Source: Marsupella aquatica
Taxonomy: Eukaryota > Plantae > Marchantiophyta
Direction of reading: 5' to 3'
DNA: 64,000 nt
Assembly (NCBI GenBank): GCA_973895155.1
Contig: OZ316894.1
Span: 12,254,828 to 12,318,827, forward strand
Below, piece after piece: positions 35,683 to 50,240 of this stretch. The stretch's first letter is position 1, and each line of letters opens with the position of its first letter. Position numbers and translations under genes: made by a program. Under the pieces are notes generated by a model. It was given only the letters and a program-made list of their open reading frames with translations. It searched no databases and was not told where the DNA came from.

Positions 35683-38600
35683 TCAGTAACGTTTTCTTTT
35701 GATATGAGGTGTAGCAGATGAGAGCCGCAGAGCTTCCAGCGGTTCCATTTGCTCCTGGCCTATAACAACAAGCTTCCCCTTCTTGGTTGCGGGTCCCTGA
35801 GGGCCTGCTTTAGCAAGCATATAATTCTGCAGTTGCTTGGTCACCAGTGGCGTCATTCCGGTCTGCATACAAAACAGCATTAATGTCGTAACACCGACAA
35901 AGACCAGGGATTGAAATCAACACCATTGAAATGGAAAAACTAACAGAATCGCCTTACCTCACAGGTCTTGGCAATAAAATACATAATTCCCCAGAACAGA
36001 CAATACAGCAAACAAATTAATGGAGTCGAAGAGGAAAACAAGAAGTACCCCAGTGATGTAGCGGTTAGAAAAAGCCTTCGGTTTTATGGGTTGACTCAGT
36101 AGTTCTTGCAGCTCCTGCCACATAGCAAGGATCAAACCGATCGGTGAGAACCCAGCAGATGAATTACCAAAGATACTTCATTCTTTGGGTGAGTAAGAAA
36201 AACGCTAAGATGATGATTCATATAAGTGGAAATCAAGATAAATTTGTATAAGACTGACCTATTGGTCAAAAAGAATGGAGATGGAAGGAAACCTTTTGGA
36301 GGACTCGAAGCTGTGAAGAACCACCGGTCCTTGACTTGTTCTTGTTTCCTGCTTCGGATGTTGACAGCCCATCCTCATCTTCACTCGCTTCGATATCAAT
36401 CTCCATTGCCTCAGCGTTGCTTGCCAGCCATGCCTCTGTTGCATTTGACTATCATACACAACAAATTAGAGTCAACATTTATGCAACACAAGAGTCAGTC
36501 ACACAATACCTCAGAATAACTTCTTTGTCTTTATTGCTAATCTAACTGCTCAGAAGCTGACAGGTTGTTAGACTCTTCCAGCCAAGCCTCGTGAAGAAAA
36601 TCAGTGCACTTACGAGCCTGGCCCTCCTCCCTACTGCTTGCAAAGTGTAACGCGATTGTGGGATTCAGATATTTCAAATCCCTATTTTGATAAAAATGTT
36701 GGAAGAGGTCCGCATGCTCTCAGCCATTTACTTTCTGCGGAGGCACATCTGTCACCTCGCTTCATGACAGCAAACTGACTTATACCCTAACATCCTTTCA
36801 CAAAATTAGAAAACAGAATCCAGTTGTGTCCTTGATAGAATGCAAGGCGTCATGCAAATCTTCGGTAGGACTGTAGGATCGTACCTGAGACTCTTTCCGC
36901 AGAAGTTTGTCCACTTTGACAGCAAGGGAAACCCGGGTTTCTATAGCAGGCAGATATGTCGTGTTGACAGGGAATGATTGTAGACCTTGTGGCTGCAAAC
37001 ATCGACAAGTTAGCAGAGCAGGAACGAGGATGTTTCTTGAACTATTCCGAACATATGTTAAAGAAATGGAGAACTTGGGAAACGATGGACATTAGATCGT
37101 CGATGAAGTCGAGAAACCCAAGTTATCAAGGCTAGCTGAAAGAATCATGAAGTTTTTAGCACAAAGAAAGCACGCTGAGTCTTGATGAAGATCAAGTTTG
37201 CGGTGACGAACAATACCCTTGACAAAGCTCGACAAAGCGTCACGTATTTTGCTCGATCAGCTGGGGAGACAAGAGCAATGCTGATTCCATCAGTGGATGC
37301 GCGAGCTGTTCTCCCACTCCTATGGACATAGATCTGCAAACATTGATCTCCGTCAAAGCTACACCATACAATGGCCTCAATATGAGGACGAGGACAACAA
37401 ATCGGATCCAAAAGTCTAAACATCTCGATCAGTATCTCCAAAATATAACCGAGATCTGAATTTGAAAGCCATATCGCATCAAAAATTGAACAGGTCGCAT
37501 ATTGCACAGTACCTCTGCTGAATGGGGCAACTGATAGTGAACTACAGTGCGAATTCCTGGCACATCAAGCCCTCTAGCAGCAACATCTGTGGCTACCAGA
37601 ACACAGTCTTCATTTCCTCGGAACCGATCCATAGCCTGCCAAACAAAAGTGAGAACGAGAGATATCTGCTTGCTTTCCAGTATGCTAGAAACAATTCAGA
37701 AGCATTAGCGATAGTAGACTCAAGCAATTAGCCAAGGATTTTGCTAGGGGATTCTAATTGAAATTTTGAATTTTTTGTTACTACAGAAATGTCGTTGATT
37801 GCATTATTTCAAACCTTGACTGCCACTTAACCAGAAGGAAAAAAACGCAGGACTCCCAATGATATAGGAACTGCACTGGTAAACTTGTGCATACAACGAA
37901 TCTCAAGGATCCAACACTTTGCTTGTCTGACATTACTAGTAACCTTCTGGCTGGAAAGCCTGGGTTTGTTGACCTTCAGGGACAATGAAAGTGACCTTAA
38001 GCCGTGCTCTCTGCTGCATTTGAGCATGCAAGGGCCAGACAGGAATTTGTAAGAGTCTTAATATGGCTGAAGCCCTCCTTAGAGCTGAAATTGACGTGCA
38101 AAACACAATCGTACGGCCACCACCATGAACTTTCAGGACGTAGTATAAGTACTGATCTTTGTCCTCATCCCTGCATCTACAAAATCATTCAACACCAGTG
38201 GAGATAAGAATCCATGACTACCGTCAAGACAATTGCCAAAGAGAAGATTGTGACCTTCCTTGGTATCCCATCGTCAATCGAGTTGCTCAAAACACAATGC
38301 TCATCCTGAACAGAAGTTAAGTTTAAGGGCTTACTCTATAACAGATTCTGAGAGTTGCCTTGCGACAATACTTGAGGACGTCAAATCAATAATGACGGCT
38401 TCATGGCTCACTCCTGCTCTCTCGGAGAGCGCAGCCACAGAGTCGATACTTTTCAAAGCGACCCTTGGCATTTGATGACCTCTCTTAAGTTTCGATTTGA
38501 AGTTTGCTGGCAATGCTAGTGTTGCTGAGAAAACCAGGATCTGCCTTCGTTTCCTTGGCTTTGTTGGAGGATCGACAACACCACCCAACTCATTATCCAC

Positions 38601-41600
38601 ATGCTCCCAATCTTGTTTCTTCTCTCCAGATGGGAGCATATCAATGATCGACTGAAGCTCCTTAAAGTGACCCTTCTCCACCATTCGATCCGCTTCATCA
38701 AGAACAAAGAACGACAGACTGTGCAACTGCAAAATCAAATTTCACCACTAAACCAATGAGCGCTGAACAACCACAATTAAAACAACTTTGATGAGACCAC
38801 CGGAGCCGTGCCCGGTGGCATCTCATTTCAATGACATCGGGAACAGGGCATGTAGAAGCCATACTTCCAAAAGATGGCTCTCCCCACTGCTCATTAGCTC
38901 CCAAAGCCTGCCAGGAGTGCCTACAACAATCTCAGGCAGCTGCTTTAACAACCGCTGCTGCTTTTGAGTTGCTATTCCACCCACGATAGGAACCACCCTC
39001 ACATTTGTCCATTTGGCCGCTGCTTTTAGGTGCTGACAGATCTGAAACAGATTTGAATTTTTGGTTCTATTAATAGAGGGTCAACAACAGAGCGGAGGAA
39101 GGGGAACACAGGGCCCTGTGGCCAGTCAATGCTAAAATCGAATCAAGTGACCGTAAGTTAATTATATGTCCACTATAACACGTCCACAATGCTCATGACC
39201 GTACCTGCAGTGCCAATTCTCTCGTTGGAGATATAATGAGAGCACGCAAAGGTCCCTGCTTCCTTTCATACCCGTTAGTATTCTCGACATTGTCAGAGTT
39301 GTCATCTAAAAATGCTTGTTTGGAAGATTTGTCCTGTTCTTCGAGAAGTCGTTGCAAGATTGGCAGTCCGAAGGCAAGAGTCTTCCCAGATCCAGTTTCT
39401 GCTGCCCCGATAACATCCTGTAGATTTCTCAACGCAACGGTACTTAGTGACACTTCCGAGTTCATGTCGTTCACAGTTTATTACCAAGAAACTAAGCGCA
39501 ACCATCAGTCCAGGAAACTCAATGGTACAAGTCATATGATTATCACGTTAATAACCGACTCAAAAACAAAGATATCAAAATCAATAACTATCATTTTTAT
39601 TGAGATTCGTTCATAATGATTCAAGCAAAACAACAAAGGATTCTCAGATTCTCAAGAATGCCATAGTAATGAAGTCCGGATCCCTGCTATTTCCGTCCTC
39701 AAGCTTCAGAAAACATGGGCCGATCGCTTGGAGGGATTCTCAACGAGGCAGCCTATGCAGAAAGCTGCTCTTCCTTCTCAATATATTGAACATCAGAGAC
39801 GAAGTGGTGCGGACGATAATAGTACCCGGAGGACGTCGTAACGCCCCAATTGGGCACCCTCCCTTGAGTACACGGATATCCACTCTCAGCGTGGGTTCCT
39901 CAGGAGGGTAGAGACCCTAGGATTTGCTGGAAGAACTCTCCACACATGATATCTGAAGCTAAGGTCCAGACATGATATCTGAAGCTAAGGTCGAAGACAC
40001 GTGGATCTTGAACACATTTTCGAAGTTTTCCAAGTGTCTGCTCCCTTTGCTCCGGACAACGTGTCTGACTCACTGGAGCAAGAATGATCCGGCTACTAGG
40101 ACTATTACCCGTCGTAGATGCCGAGTCCTGCATTCCGGCGCCCCTCGTTGTTGGCTCCAACAATGTTCCATTTACGAAACACACACTCAACTCCGGTTCA
40201 TCTGGACAAGCTTACTGAAGCTCAAGACAAAAATAGCAGAGACAGCACGTCACTGCCACAACAGATTCATATCTCGAGAACGAGGGCACCGGCCTGAAGG
40301 TGCACTTTCCAGCGTTGCGATATGTGCAAAAAACAACCATCAGCCAGCTGGGTGTGGACCGGTGGCAGGAATACCAACATGATACAATTAATGGTGGCAC
40401 ATAGGCTGATGTGGGGAGTCTATCAACGCGATGAAGACGACAGGACATCAACTAACAGACTCACAATACTAAAAAGATCAAGTAACTAAGCGAAGTGGAG
40501 TAAACAAGACCTTTCCCTTGTGAGCGGCAGCAGGAATGCACTGCCTCTGAATGGGTGTCGGCTCCTTGAATTTTAATTCCTGTACGGCTTTCTCCAACTT
40601 CGAATGAAGCCTCATTTCTGCCCATGCTGACATATCCATTTCGCCATCTTCTTCGCTAACGGTAGACGTCTTGCCGCTATCTTGGTCATGAGAGCTTAAA
40701 TCCGCTTCAATGACTCTGTTCTCCTGTCCATATTCACCACGACGCTTACCCCTCAGGAGCTTTCTAGCTTTAGACCCCAGTTTTGGTTTCCTCCCCTTGT
40801 TACATGCCTTCTGAGCTACAGATTTTCCGGACGTACTCACGCTGCAGACTGTAGAGTCTCCATCTGCAGACTGAATTTCGGAAGAAAGTGAAGCCGCGTC
40901 CTCAGTTTTGTCCGCTTTCCATTTCTTCCGCTTCCTCACAGGCCCGGCATCAAGAAGTTCCGACGGGTGGTCGTCAGAATTATCCACGATAACATCGCCG
41001 AAACCCCCTTTCTCCTTCCGTTTCTTGTTCTTCCTGGACTTGGTAGACAACTTCTCCTCGGCTTTGCTATCTACTCCCAAATCACTCTCACCGGCCGTTC
41101 GTACGTCAGGCAAATCCCACGGTTCTCCGTCCACTTCCTCCAAGGATAAAAAGCCTAGAGAATTCAACTAACATTGTCAAATACCTGATACAGTATTGTC
41201 TGCTCCGCAGCAACATGAGACAGAATCTGGCGTTCACATTACCGGTATCTCGCAACTGGCATTCAAATGCAGCAGGGGAAGAAAACAGCGACGACATGCC
41301 TTGCCTCCGTAACAATTTCCGCTAGAAGGTGTGACAAACTAAACTCACACTAGATTTGCCACGGGAAATACTTGATGAACAGAACAGCTGACGACAAAGA
41401 TGGAGGGATGCAGGGGATAGATGGAGCATTCATACCTCCTTCCTCACTTCCAACTAGGAGCGAAAGAGAATCAGAGGCAGGATTCACGTTGCGCCATTCC
41501 AGCCCTCTACCCGCGAGAAGAAACCCCCGAGAATTCGAGCTAGAGTTCTTCTTCAACTTCCGTTTCGTGTGACTGCCTCGTTCCACAGTCTCGATCTCGG

Positions 41601-41667
41601 CCACATCTTCTGGCACCTCGTCCAGAGAAATCTTGGTCGAGCCTTTCTTCCTGCTCCCCTTCCCCAT
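35683..41667 (-). CDS. DDX24: DEAD-box RNA helicase of the DDX24/MAK5 (plant RH13) type, multi-exon
   Basis: Motifs seen: Q motif [17 protein letters not shown], Ia [50 protein letters not shown]. The N-terminus has [10 protein letters not shown] and the C-terminus LVVIGQ..EPLEALR, both typical of RH13. First exons are 41436-41667, 40511-41154 and 39205-39417. Confidence 0.92.
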
Positions 41668-42039
41668 CGATTTCGCACTGTTGAGAGAGAAGGAAAAACT
41701 TAAGCTGTCAACGCATCTTACTCTCCACTCCACAGAAAACGGCAGGATCGAATCCGCAATCAGTTAGTTCAAAGAGACCGCATCAACCACAATTATCATT
41801 AGCACCAGAAAATGTCTGATGGGACGGACAATGCTCAAGTTTGGGAGTTCAGAGAATGCATTCACAACATGAACGCGATCACATGCCGAGGCATTGCAAC
41901 TCTCCACCAACACTCCCTGGAAGAGTTTCAAGAGGCAAAGGAGTCTCTGTCCTGTATGACTGTCAATTTGGTCTTTCTGTCCGATAAACGAGGGGAATGA
42001 GCCAGGGGTTGAAGGGCCATGTACGTTTTGACCATCCAG

Positions 42040-42087
42040 AAACCCTAACCCTATGTGATGTGATGTGATGTGATGTGATGTGATGTG
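42040..42087. promoter_or_regulatory. Telo-box (AAACCCTAACCCTA) followed by a (GATGT)n microsatellite upstream of the helicase
   Basis: AAACCCTAACCCTA at 42040-42053 lies ~370 bp upstream of the ATG. Telo-boxes are known in promoters of plant ribosome-biogenesis genes; function here is inferred. Confidence 0.45.
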
Positions 42088-42229
42088 AAGAGCGTCGTAA
42101 CACTTTGGGACCGATGGCTCGAGGACCAGTGGAGCGCCTATCCACTCTCTGTAGCTGTATCAGTTCTATTATAGGGTGTGTCAAGCTGGCAATTTGATTG
42201 ACCTCACTCTCTTAATATAATATGTATTA

Positions 42230-44099
42230 TAAGCCCCATGTTCTTGCGTTGCACAAAAGATTTTGAGTGAGGACATAAGTTCAAGGTGAGAGCAAGATTT
42301 TGAGGTGAGGACAACATGTTAAGGTGAGGGCAAGATTTTGAGTTTGAGGGCAAGATGTTGAGCTGAGGCAAACATGGTTTGTGATTGGGATGTGAGGTCA
42401 GCAAGGGGGGTGGAATGAGAAACTTCAAGGAATTTAAAAATAGAATTGAAGTTTGAAATCCAAACAAGGAGCAAGAAACTTTTCAGTGGATGGGAAAGGG
42501 AATTTTATTTTATTTTATAGTTATGTTTTTACTTAATTCATGATTATTTTTTTCAATAATTATAGCCCTCCTCCCTTCCCATCCCTTCCCCGTTCTGCCT
42601 CATTCTTGCTCCACCCCTCCTTTTTTTCCTTTCTCCCCCCTCTCGCCTCCCCTTCCATTTTCTCCTCTCCCCCTCCACTTCTAGTTTTTGGGAAGGCTGT
42701 TGTTAGGGGAAGTGCTGTAAGTTGTTGCAAGCGGAACGGAGAGTCAAAAGAGAGGAGAGCTTGGACCCCCCAAAAAAGGGGAGTCCAATGCAAGAATACT
42801 TGCAGCTGGAGTTGGGGTGAGAGGCCAGGCCAAGGTGTAATGGTGTTGAGGCAAGACAGAAAATACTCTCAGAGCTAGAGAAGAGACACAAAATTGAACT
42901 TGGGCAAACAGCAAATAGAGGTGTACGCAAAGAAAAATCATTGACTTATGAGCAAGAGGCACTTATGAGCTTTGGGATAGAAAATCTAATTCCAAGTAAT
43001 GTCAAAGAAATGGGAGAACCAATTGGGTGGCCCGTCCATTGGCCCCTCCCACCTTGCAAAGGATATTGTGGAGGAAGCAGTTGAGAAAAATAAGTGCCAT
43101 GTAGGCAAGGTGAACTTTTGGGCCCTATGTTGATACAGTGCACAATTATCAGTGCAACTGTGTTGTGCTTGTGGTTGGGTTGTCATTGCGGTTGTGTTAT
43201 GGTTCCGAAAGTCAATCAATTGTCATTTTGACTGGTTGTTGTAGTAGTGGTCGTGCCCGTGGTTGTGTGATTAGCACTAAAGTGTTGGTATTCCAACTGT
43301 GTCACTTGTTGTCATTTTATGATTGCGGAGTGTCATTTGGGTGCATGTTTGTTGGTGCCACAATGTTGTTGTTTTAGTCCATGTTGCATGTTGTGAGAGT
43401 TGAGTATAGATATTGTTGGGGAGGGCAAGTTAAGGGCATGGAGGGCCGCAAGATGGGTAAGAATGTCTCAGGGCATTATGGGGTTGCACCATGGGTTGCG
43501 GGATGCTATAATTATAGAAAAATAATATTTTCACTTAGTTTTGCCCTCCATTCACCCCCCCCCCCCCCACCCCCACCCCGGCGCCCCCTTGCCGTATGTG
43601 TCTTTCCTTCTGTGCCCTTGGAGTGCCTCTTTCCTTCCCCATTTTCTCCCCTCGAACACCATTAAAATGGAGAAAAAATTGGAAGGAAAAGACAAAATAA
43701 CTTTCCAAAAAATGAATATTCACTTTTGGAGAGGAAAAAGCCCAGAAAATTTTCACATGTAAATTCATTTTTTCTTTATTTGCTCAATGCCAAAAATCTT
43801 AAGCTCACGTCATTCTATTCATTTACTACTCTATGTCAGTCCATGCTAAAAAGTAGTTTTGAAGTGTATAGCATTGAATGTGTACTCTAGCTAGTATTGC
43901 GTAGTGTAGCTAGCACATGTCACATGTACTAAGTATATCTTATCCTAAGTCTTTTCAAATTATAGGCCCCTTTTCCCCATCCAAGAGTCCCAAATATTCC
44001 TGCACATATGTGACGGTAAAGCAATGTTCCCTCCTTTTTCTCTTTTTGTAAACGGACGATGAAAGGGATTTGGGTGGGATCCCTTATTATAGATGTAGA
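42230..44099 (-). mobile_element. Non-autonomous Helitron, copy 2
   Basis: The reverse complement is colinear with 4659-6544. 5' end A|TCTACATCTATAATAAGGGATCCC; 3' end GTGCAACGCAAGAACATGGGGCTTA|T (terminal CTAG decayed). Confidence 0.85.
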
Positions 44100-44476
44100 T
44101 TAGTGGGTGTGTCTAATGTAATATGTATTAGCCCATTCCCATAACCAGATATGAAGAAAAAAATTATTGCACAATAATATTTCTATGCTATTTTGTTTAA
44201 TATTTGTCAGATCCACCCCCACTTCAGTTTTTTCTTTATTTGAAGTTACTATCATTTTTTGTCCATCCTCATTTTAAGCTTATTTTATTGAGATTCATGA
44301 TCATTTTTGTGTGTATTAGGGTTACACCCTAGAGGCTTGACAAGGGGGCCTCATGGGAGGTCCACTACTTGGACAATCTAACATTGCAACCATGAGCACA
44401 TTGTACTAGAACCCAACCTACTCCTTGACACATTGACATACATACTTTCAAAATTTAATTTCCCACCTTTTCGTAC

Positions 44477-44667
44477 TTGACAAGGTTTTGCAGGTAGTAC
44501 TGCCCCAAAAGAGGTCATACCATTAAAAAACCTCGAAGAGAAATACACATCTTTAGTGAATAACAAAGGAATTGACAAGGTTTTGCAGGTAGCACTGCCC
44601 CAACAGAGGTCATAGCATTCACAAACCTCGAAGGAGAATTGCACATCTTGAGTGAACAACAAAGGAG
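44477..44667 (+). repeat. ~96-bp tandem duplication
   Basis: TTGACAAGGTTTTGCAGGTAG.ACTGCCCCAA.AGAGGTCATA.CATT occurs twice. Confidence 0.75.
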
Positions 44668-45388
44668 ATGAGAAACGGAGGGCAGGTTTGACCTGAATGC
44701 TCTTATTCTCATTTTTCTATGGAGTAGCAATTCTGAATGTTCCCTCCATTAACACATTTGGCCCTTGAAGGAAGAAATGCCAGGGGTATTGACACATGGA
44801 GTTAATTTACCTAGGGCTCAGCTCACTGGTGCAATTTACCACCTTTAATTGTTGGTGTTGGTGCCTCTCTAAAAGCCACCCAATGCTGGTCCAATTACTC
44901 TTTTGGTGGGTGATCCTGGGGTTCTATCCTCCCTTTGCTGGCTTACCCTCCCCTTCTGGATTTTCAATGGACTTGAACCACACCTGCCCTTCATAAGCAA
45001 GGGGTTACCCATAGCTATCACTGAAAGTAGTTTTTTCCTGAAATTGCAGAGCAAAAGGTAGAGGAGAAAAATGAAAGTGAGGGGAATATGAGTAAAGAGG
45101 AAGGTCTTGGACACTTCCTTCTTTATATATAGCCAACAAGAGGGTCCTGGCATTGTAATCTCAAGGCAAGTTAGAACTCGTCAAGACCGCCAAGAACTAC
45201 AGTAGTTAGCTATTGAAAAAGCTTTCGGCCAATTTTGATTTTCCAGAGTAATGTGTTTGTAGGATGCATGTAATTGGCTCATGTCAAACTCCAACAGAAA
45301 TTTAATGCATGCTCCACAATGGACACCAGCTCGAATGTACATTCTTTGAATGACAACAGAGATGATGACAAAAGCCAGCAAGCATCAT

Positions 45389-45535
45389 CTTGACATATTC
45401 TCTATCCAGATATTCTCTATCCAGATACATTTATTTTGACATATTCTCTATCCAGATACATTTAGTGGGGCCTAGAGTTCCGATCTAGAGCATCATCATC
45501 TTGACATAATCTCTATCCAGATACATTTAGTGGGG
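45389..45535 (+). repeat. Short tandem repeats of TTGACATATTCTCTATCCAGATACATTTA
   Basis: TCTCTATCCAGATA occurs four times. Confidence 0.75.
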
Positions 45536-46723
45536 CAGGAGAGTTCAGGTCTAGAGGCTTCACTCTATCCTAGATCCTGATTAACCCTCTAGGATCCTAG
45601 ACCCCAATTGTAGCTTTTGTTCGCAAATTAGTAGTAAGATAGATTTTGTTCCTCCTACGGTAGTTTAGTGCATGTTGTGTTGTGCGATTTTGTTCCTGGT
45701 CTGGCTTTCCCTACCTGGGCTGCCAAATGAGGCTCGATCAAATTAACGCCCTTACAAACGTTCAAAAAGACTAGCTGTTAGGGGCACATACTTGAGATAC
45801 TTGAGATGTGACAAGGCGAAAACTCTCAACAGTCAAACAGCGCAACTGGGTGCTACTTCTTTAACAGACGAAGCTTTTCACTGTAAATCCTCGACACATG
45901 GGGACTCTGGACTAATCTCATTAGAATTAAAGTAGGGACAATTCTGTCCAGAGCCATCCCACTTCGCCTATCATGGCAAATTGGATGAGTGGTCCGAAAC
46001 TCGATGACTCCATTGACTCCGGAATCGACACAATACATCATCATACCTGTGTTACATTCGGAAACTAGCCGAGAAAATCTCAATGCTCCAGTAATTAGAG
46101 CTTTGATGTCCTTCAACAATGTACAGAGGTATCCTACTGCCAAAATGCAAGAAGACCTGTTAGACACCATTGGATGTTCGCAATCCGCGAAATTTGTTGA
46201 TACCAAATGTCATTGTGGGATGCGCCGTTGTGACTGGTAAGGCTGTACTATGTTCCTCAGATATTGAAAACGTATCTCGAGTTTCAATGTTTTCCCTAGT
46301 CAGCTTGGGGTGCCAAAAATCACCGGGAAATGCTGCTCTGTGACGACTGATCGATATAACACATGGATACAACAAAAACCAAGGAAAATTGGACGACTAC
46401 CTCGGCAATGTAAATACCGCGCAACATGGTCTAAAACCGACAACCTCATCCACAGCAAGGAAATAACTACTGATCAAAATGATGCCCACAAGAAAGCCAC
46501 GTTAGTAGAAATTGCTTAGGAAAAAACTTGGACCCAAGGGCTCCCCAAAGCAAAGGTCAGAAGCTTGTAAGTGTTCAGATACATGGATATTCAGCCAACC
46601 AATCAGTATCAATTGTGGCCTTACCGCCAAGTTCTCAGACACTGTAATTCAAAGAACGGAGTTTTCCAGACTTTGAAGCCTATGCACGAACTGCTTCTGT
46701 ACACCAAAATTTGTTGATCGCAA

Positions 46724-49700
46724 TTACGACGGTGGCAATTGCAACCTCTCTCGACCAGACGGATCCCGCATGACCTCCAAACGAAGTTTTTTGATGGGGT
46801 CTTTCAGTTCAGAAGGACCAATATCTCTTTTCAGAAGACGAGGCTCCTGTGACCCAACTTCCTCTATTGCAGCCTTTTTTGCTGCTTCAACAACCGCAGC
46901 CTCATTCTCCTATACGCAGCCACAACCGCAACCCTTCGTGAGGATATGAAAAACAATAAAGACAGCCAGAATGTAATTCCAACAGGTCTGAAACTGCGAA
47001 AGCTCCACATGCAATTGGACAACACAAAGTAGTGAGATTGAGAGACATACCCTCTCCCATAAGGAACACCCGCCACAAAGTTTGCATGGCAGGCCTGGTT
47101 CCCGCGCATGCTGCAGAGAGGAACCCACGGCGAGACTCTCAATAACGAGTCCTATCCGAATAGTTAACGAGAACGAGCAGGAAAAAATCGAAAACAATGG
47201 ATATATCACGGGCAATGAGGTGGACTATGAAGACGTTCAGATTCCAGACCTGGCAAAAATGTGCATAGGTACTGATAGGCGTTCGGCAAACATAACACAT
47301 GCTTTTGCCGCATCTGCAAGTAATCTGCCAAGCACGAGCTAGTAAGCTGTTAAACGAATTGACAACCACTTCCTATTTAGGCCCACGAATAATCCCAAAA
47401 ATAATATTACTGCAAAGGTGCAAATACTGGAAATGAGATATACCTTATTACATCCCTCTATTTTGACAAGCTCTGCCTTGCAAGAAGTGCACTCTCGGAT
47501 CAAAGCTCGTGTCATGAGCTGCGCATGAACACGTCATCATATCAAGAAAAGCAGAAGACTTATTTTTAAGGGACTTAAGGACAAGGAACAATGGGAGGTC
47601 AGACAGTTATAAATATGCATCGTTTCTCCGAGATTCCAAAAGCATTCAAAGATAGGAAGATTTCCTAGTTCAGCCAAGCAAATTAACATCTAAATTCATA
47701 GTAAGACCAAGGTCCAGATTTTAAAATTCCTATCTATTTCATCTCAGAATTTCGTCACAGTAACCTGGGTACGATTACGACTCCCAGGGTCACCTATTGA
47801 CTTGACCTGGAGTCCATGTAGAATGCAATTTCTTACCTCTTCCACTCTTCTTCTCATTGAAGTTTCCGATTTCTGCACATTTCAGAACACAAAAACCTTA
47901 TGGTGAGGACAGTAAACATTTAATCCTTTACAGCTGGAGAAGGTTGAATCCACGATCTACAGTAATTCACAAGTAGAATTCTAAACTTCGAGGGAGTACC
48001 TTCTCAACGTCCTTGCAACGCAGTGGAAGATGATCTGGCTCTTTACACTTGATGCAAGAAGCCTGCAAATTAACGACCACAGTTGAATGCAGGGTTTTTG
48101 ACGATAATATCCACAGTATGGCTGAAATATCAGAGTCAATGATGTGTGCTTGTAAGATTGGCATAACTGTGATGCAAAACAGGACTTCGATAATTCAGTC
48201 AAATAACTTCAAATTAGCACAGATTAAAAGTTTGAAAGGACTGATTCTAAACAGGGGTAAAAATTCGTGAAAGAACGATATCCTACCTTTTTGCACCCCT
48301 CATTGTGGCACCGTAGGACAGCTAATCCACGGTCAACCTCCCATGGATGATTACAGAACGGGCAGTAGACCTACAGAAGAAGTGTCGTTCAATTTAATGA
48401 GCTAACCGACGATCTACTACGCAGACTTGCATTGGTCCTAGACGATGTTTATGATGGTATTATGTCCAAAAAACCTCAGTGAAACAGTTCCAAACTGTCC
48501 ATCAGCTCCATTAGTTTCAAATTAGTAATATAACTATCCTCAACACAGTAATCAAAACTGCTAAAAGAGAACCCTGAAATAGGCGGAGAGTGTGAATCTG
48601 TTAAAAGATGGGGTGGGCGATTTAATGGGTCCGGCAGGAGAACTTACCAACCCTTCCAGTTGTGCCCTTGCGACAGCGTCTTCAGCTTGACGCTGTTCAT
48701 ACTTTGACAAGACATCAAAGGGCAAAGCCCTTTTCACCTGGGAAAAGAAAGGAAACAGCACTTCGATTTTTAACACTTCTTTACTGCACCGCTGTATCGG
48801 TCTGCGACATTTGAAATTGAATACTGTTCGCATTTCAAAGGAGGCCAATGCTCTGAACTCCTACCTCCGACCACGGGAAAGTTTTATCACACCCAGTGGT
48901 GTCCAAGCACTTGGGTAAACCGCATGCCTGCGAACCGCCAAAGATGTAGCCCTCCAAGTGGCGACGCAAACAATTTGTACAAAACAGATGCCCATCTGCA
49001 CACTGTTCCCTGAGTCAGAAGTGTAGCACCGACCTCTTCCATTAATCAAGCAAACGACGAGAAACACAACATGAGGCATCCATTAATTGAAGCTTACCTG
49101 AACAAGCTCTTCGAACAGATACTCTGCATAACAACAACCACATTCGATTCCCGTAGGTGGGATTGGTCCTCCTCCGGCATCGCTGCTAAGTTCCTCAAAT
49201 CCCTCCGGCCTTTGGAATTCCAACTGCAAAGCCTGATATTCCCTCTCATACCGCGGACATTCGGTTGAAGGCTTTCGTTTGGGTGGCCGAATGGCTTTTA
49301 ATAGTTTTAGTTTCCCTTTGGGTAGCCAACTAGTATCTTGCGAACCTTGGTCTGCTTCAATTACCACATCTGGAGAAAACCCATCACACGAGGAAAAAGT
49401 GATCAATGAAAATTTTCTCATCTAAGGAAAAGAGTAACGACTGGCCGTTCGAACTCCAGGACTATTGTAGTGACAATCAAACTCGCAAAGGGTGCTAGAA
49501 GCATGAAATACGACCTGCTGTGGCCAGCATTGCCTGACGAAATGAAGTGCGGCCGTATGAATTTGTAAGGATGCGAACCTTTCAATTTTGAACGGAATGA
49601 CGTATTAAGGATGAATGTGCGCACCTGAGTATTGGAGTCCTTTCTTCTTTGCAGCCAGCTGATACTGCAAGTTGACAGCCTTATAAGTAGGATCCAGTTT

Positions 49701-50240
49701 ACCTTGAAATTGTTTGAGAGCCGCCTTCAAATACGGCAATCCTATCCGAGGGAAGTCTAGAGAAAGGCAGTAAATACACCATTCTTCGTACAATTGAGCC
49801 TCTTCGGAGTCGGACTCATCTTCGTCAGACGAGGCGAGGTCCACAATCTCAACCCCTCTCGGATGATGGTGGCCCACATTTGCAGCCGTTGAGGCGGCAG
49901 CATTTGAAGTGGATGCTCCATGGACGGGCCGTCTAAACTCGGGGAATTTCAGAAAGTGGTCCACGGTTTGCGTCAGTGCTACCTCAAAAGACTTCGAGCT
50001 CAACGAGAAAAACTTTAACAGCGTAGTCGCGGATTTGGGGCACACGTCCGGGAACACCTGCTCCATATACCGCACTCCCTCGTCTATTTGCTCTTCAGCT
50101 CGTTGCTCCGAAAGTTTGCTCTGCGCACTACGGTTTTCATAGAGTGCCGCAGGAAAACGTTTGTATCGGACGGCAACATCGATATCCTCCGGCATTTCTT
50201 GTCGACTCAGCAATTCTGGGGGTTTCAAAATCCCGCTCAT
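46724..50240 (-). CDS. RBR (RING-IBR-RING) E3 ubiquitin ligase, RNF216/TRIAD3-like, multi-exon; start codon uncertain
   Basis: Spliced translation: RING1 IECGCCYAEYLFEELVQ|CADGHLFCTNCL..CLDTTGC; IBR YCPFC..C..GCKK|ASCIKCKEPDHLPLRC; RING2 LIRECTSC..LVKIEGCNK|ITCRCGKSMCYVCR. The last exon ends RLQLPPS* at 46724. The large first coding exon (frame open 49625-50363) has its first ATG at 50240. Confidence 0.88.

Noticed and set aside
39900-40451. ORFs and a ~26-bp duplication within intron 2 of the helicase
   Set aside because: No recognisable protein or snoRNA boxes; treated as intron sequence.
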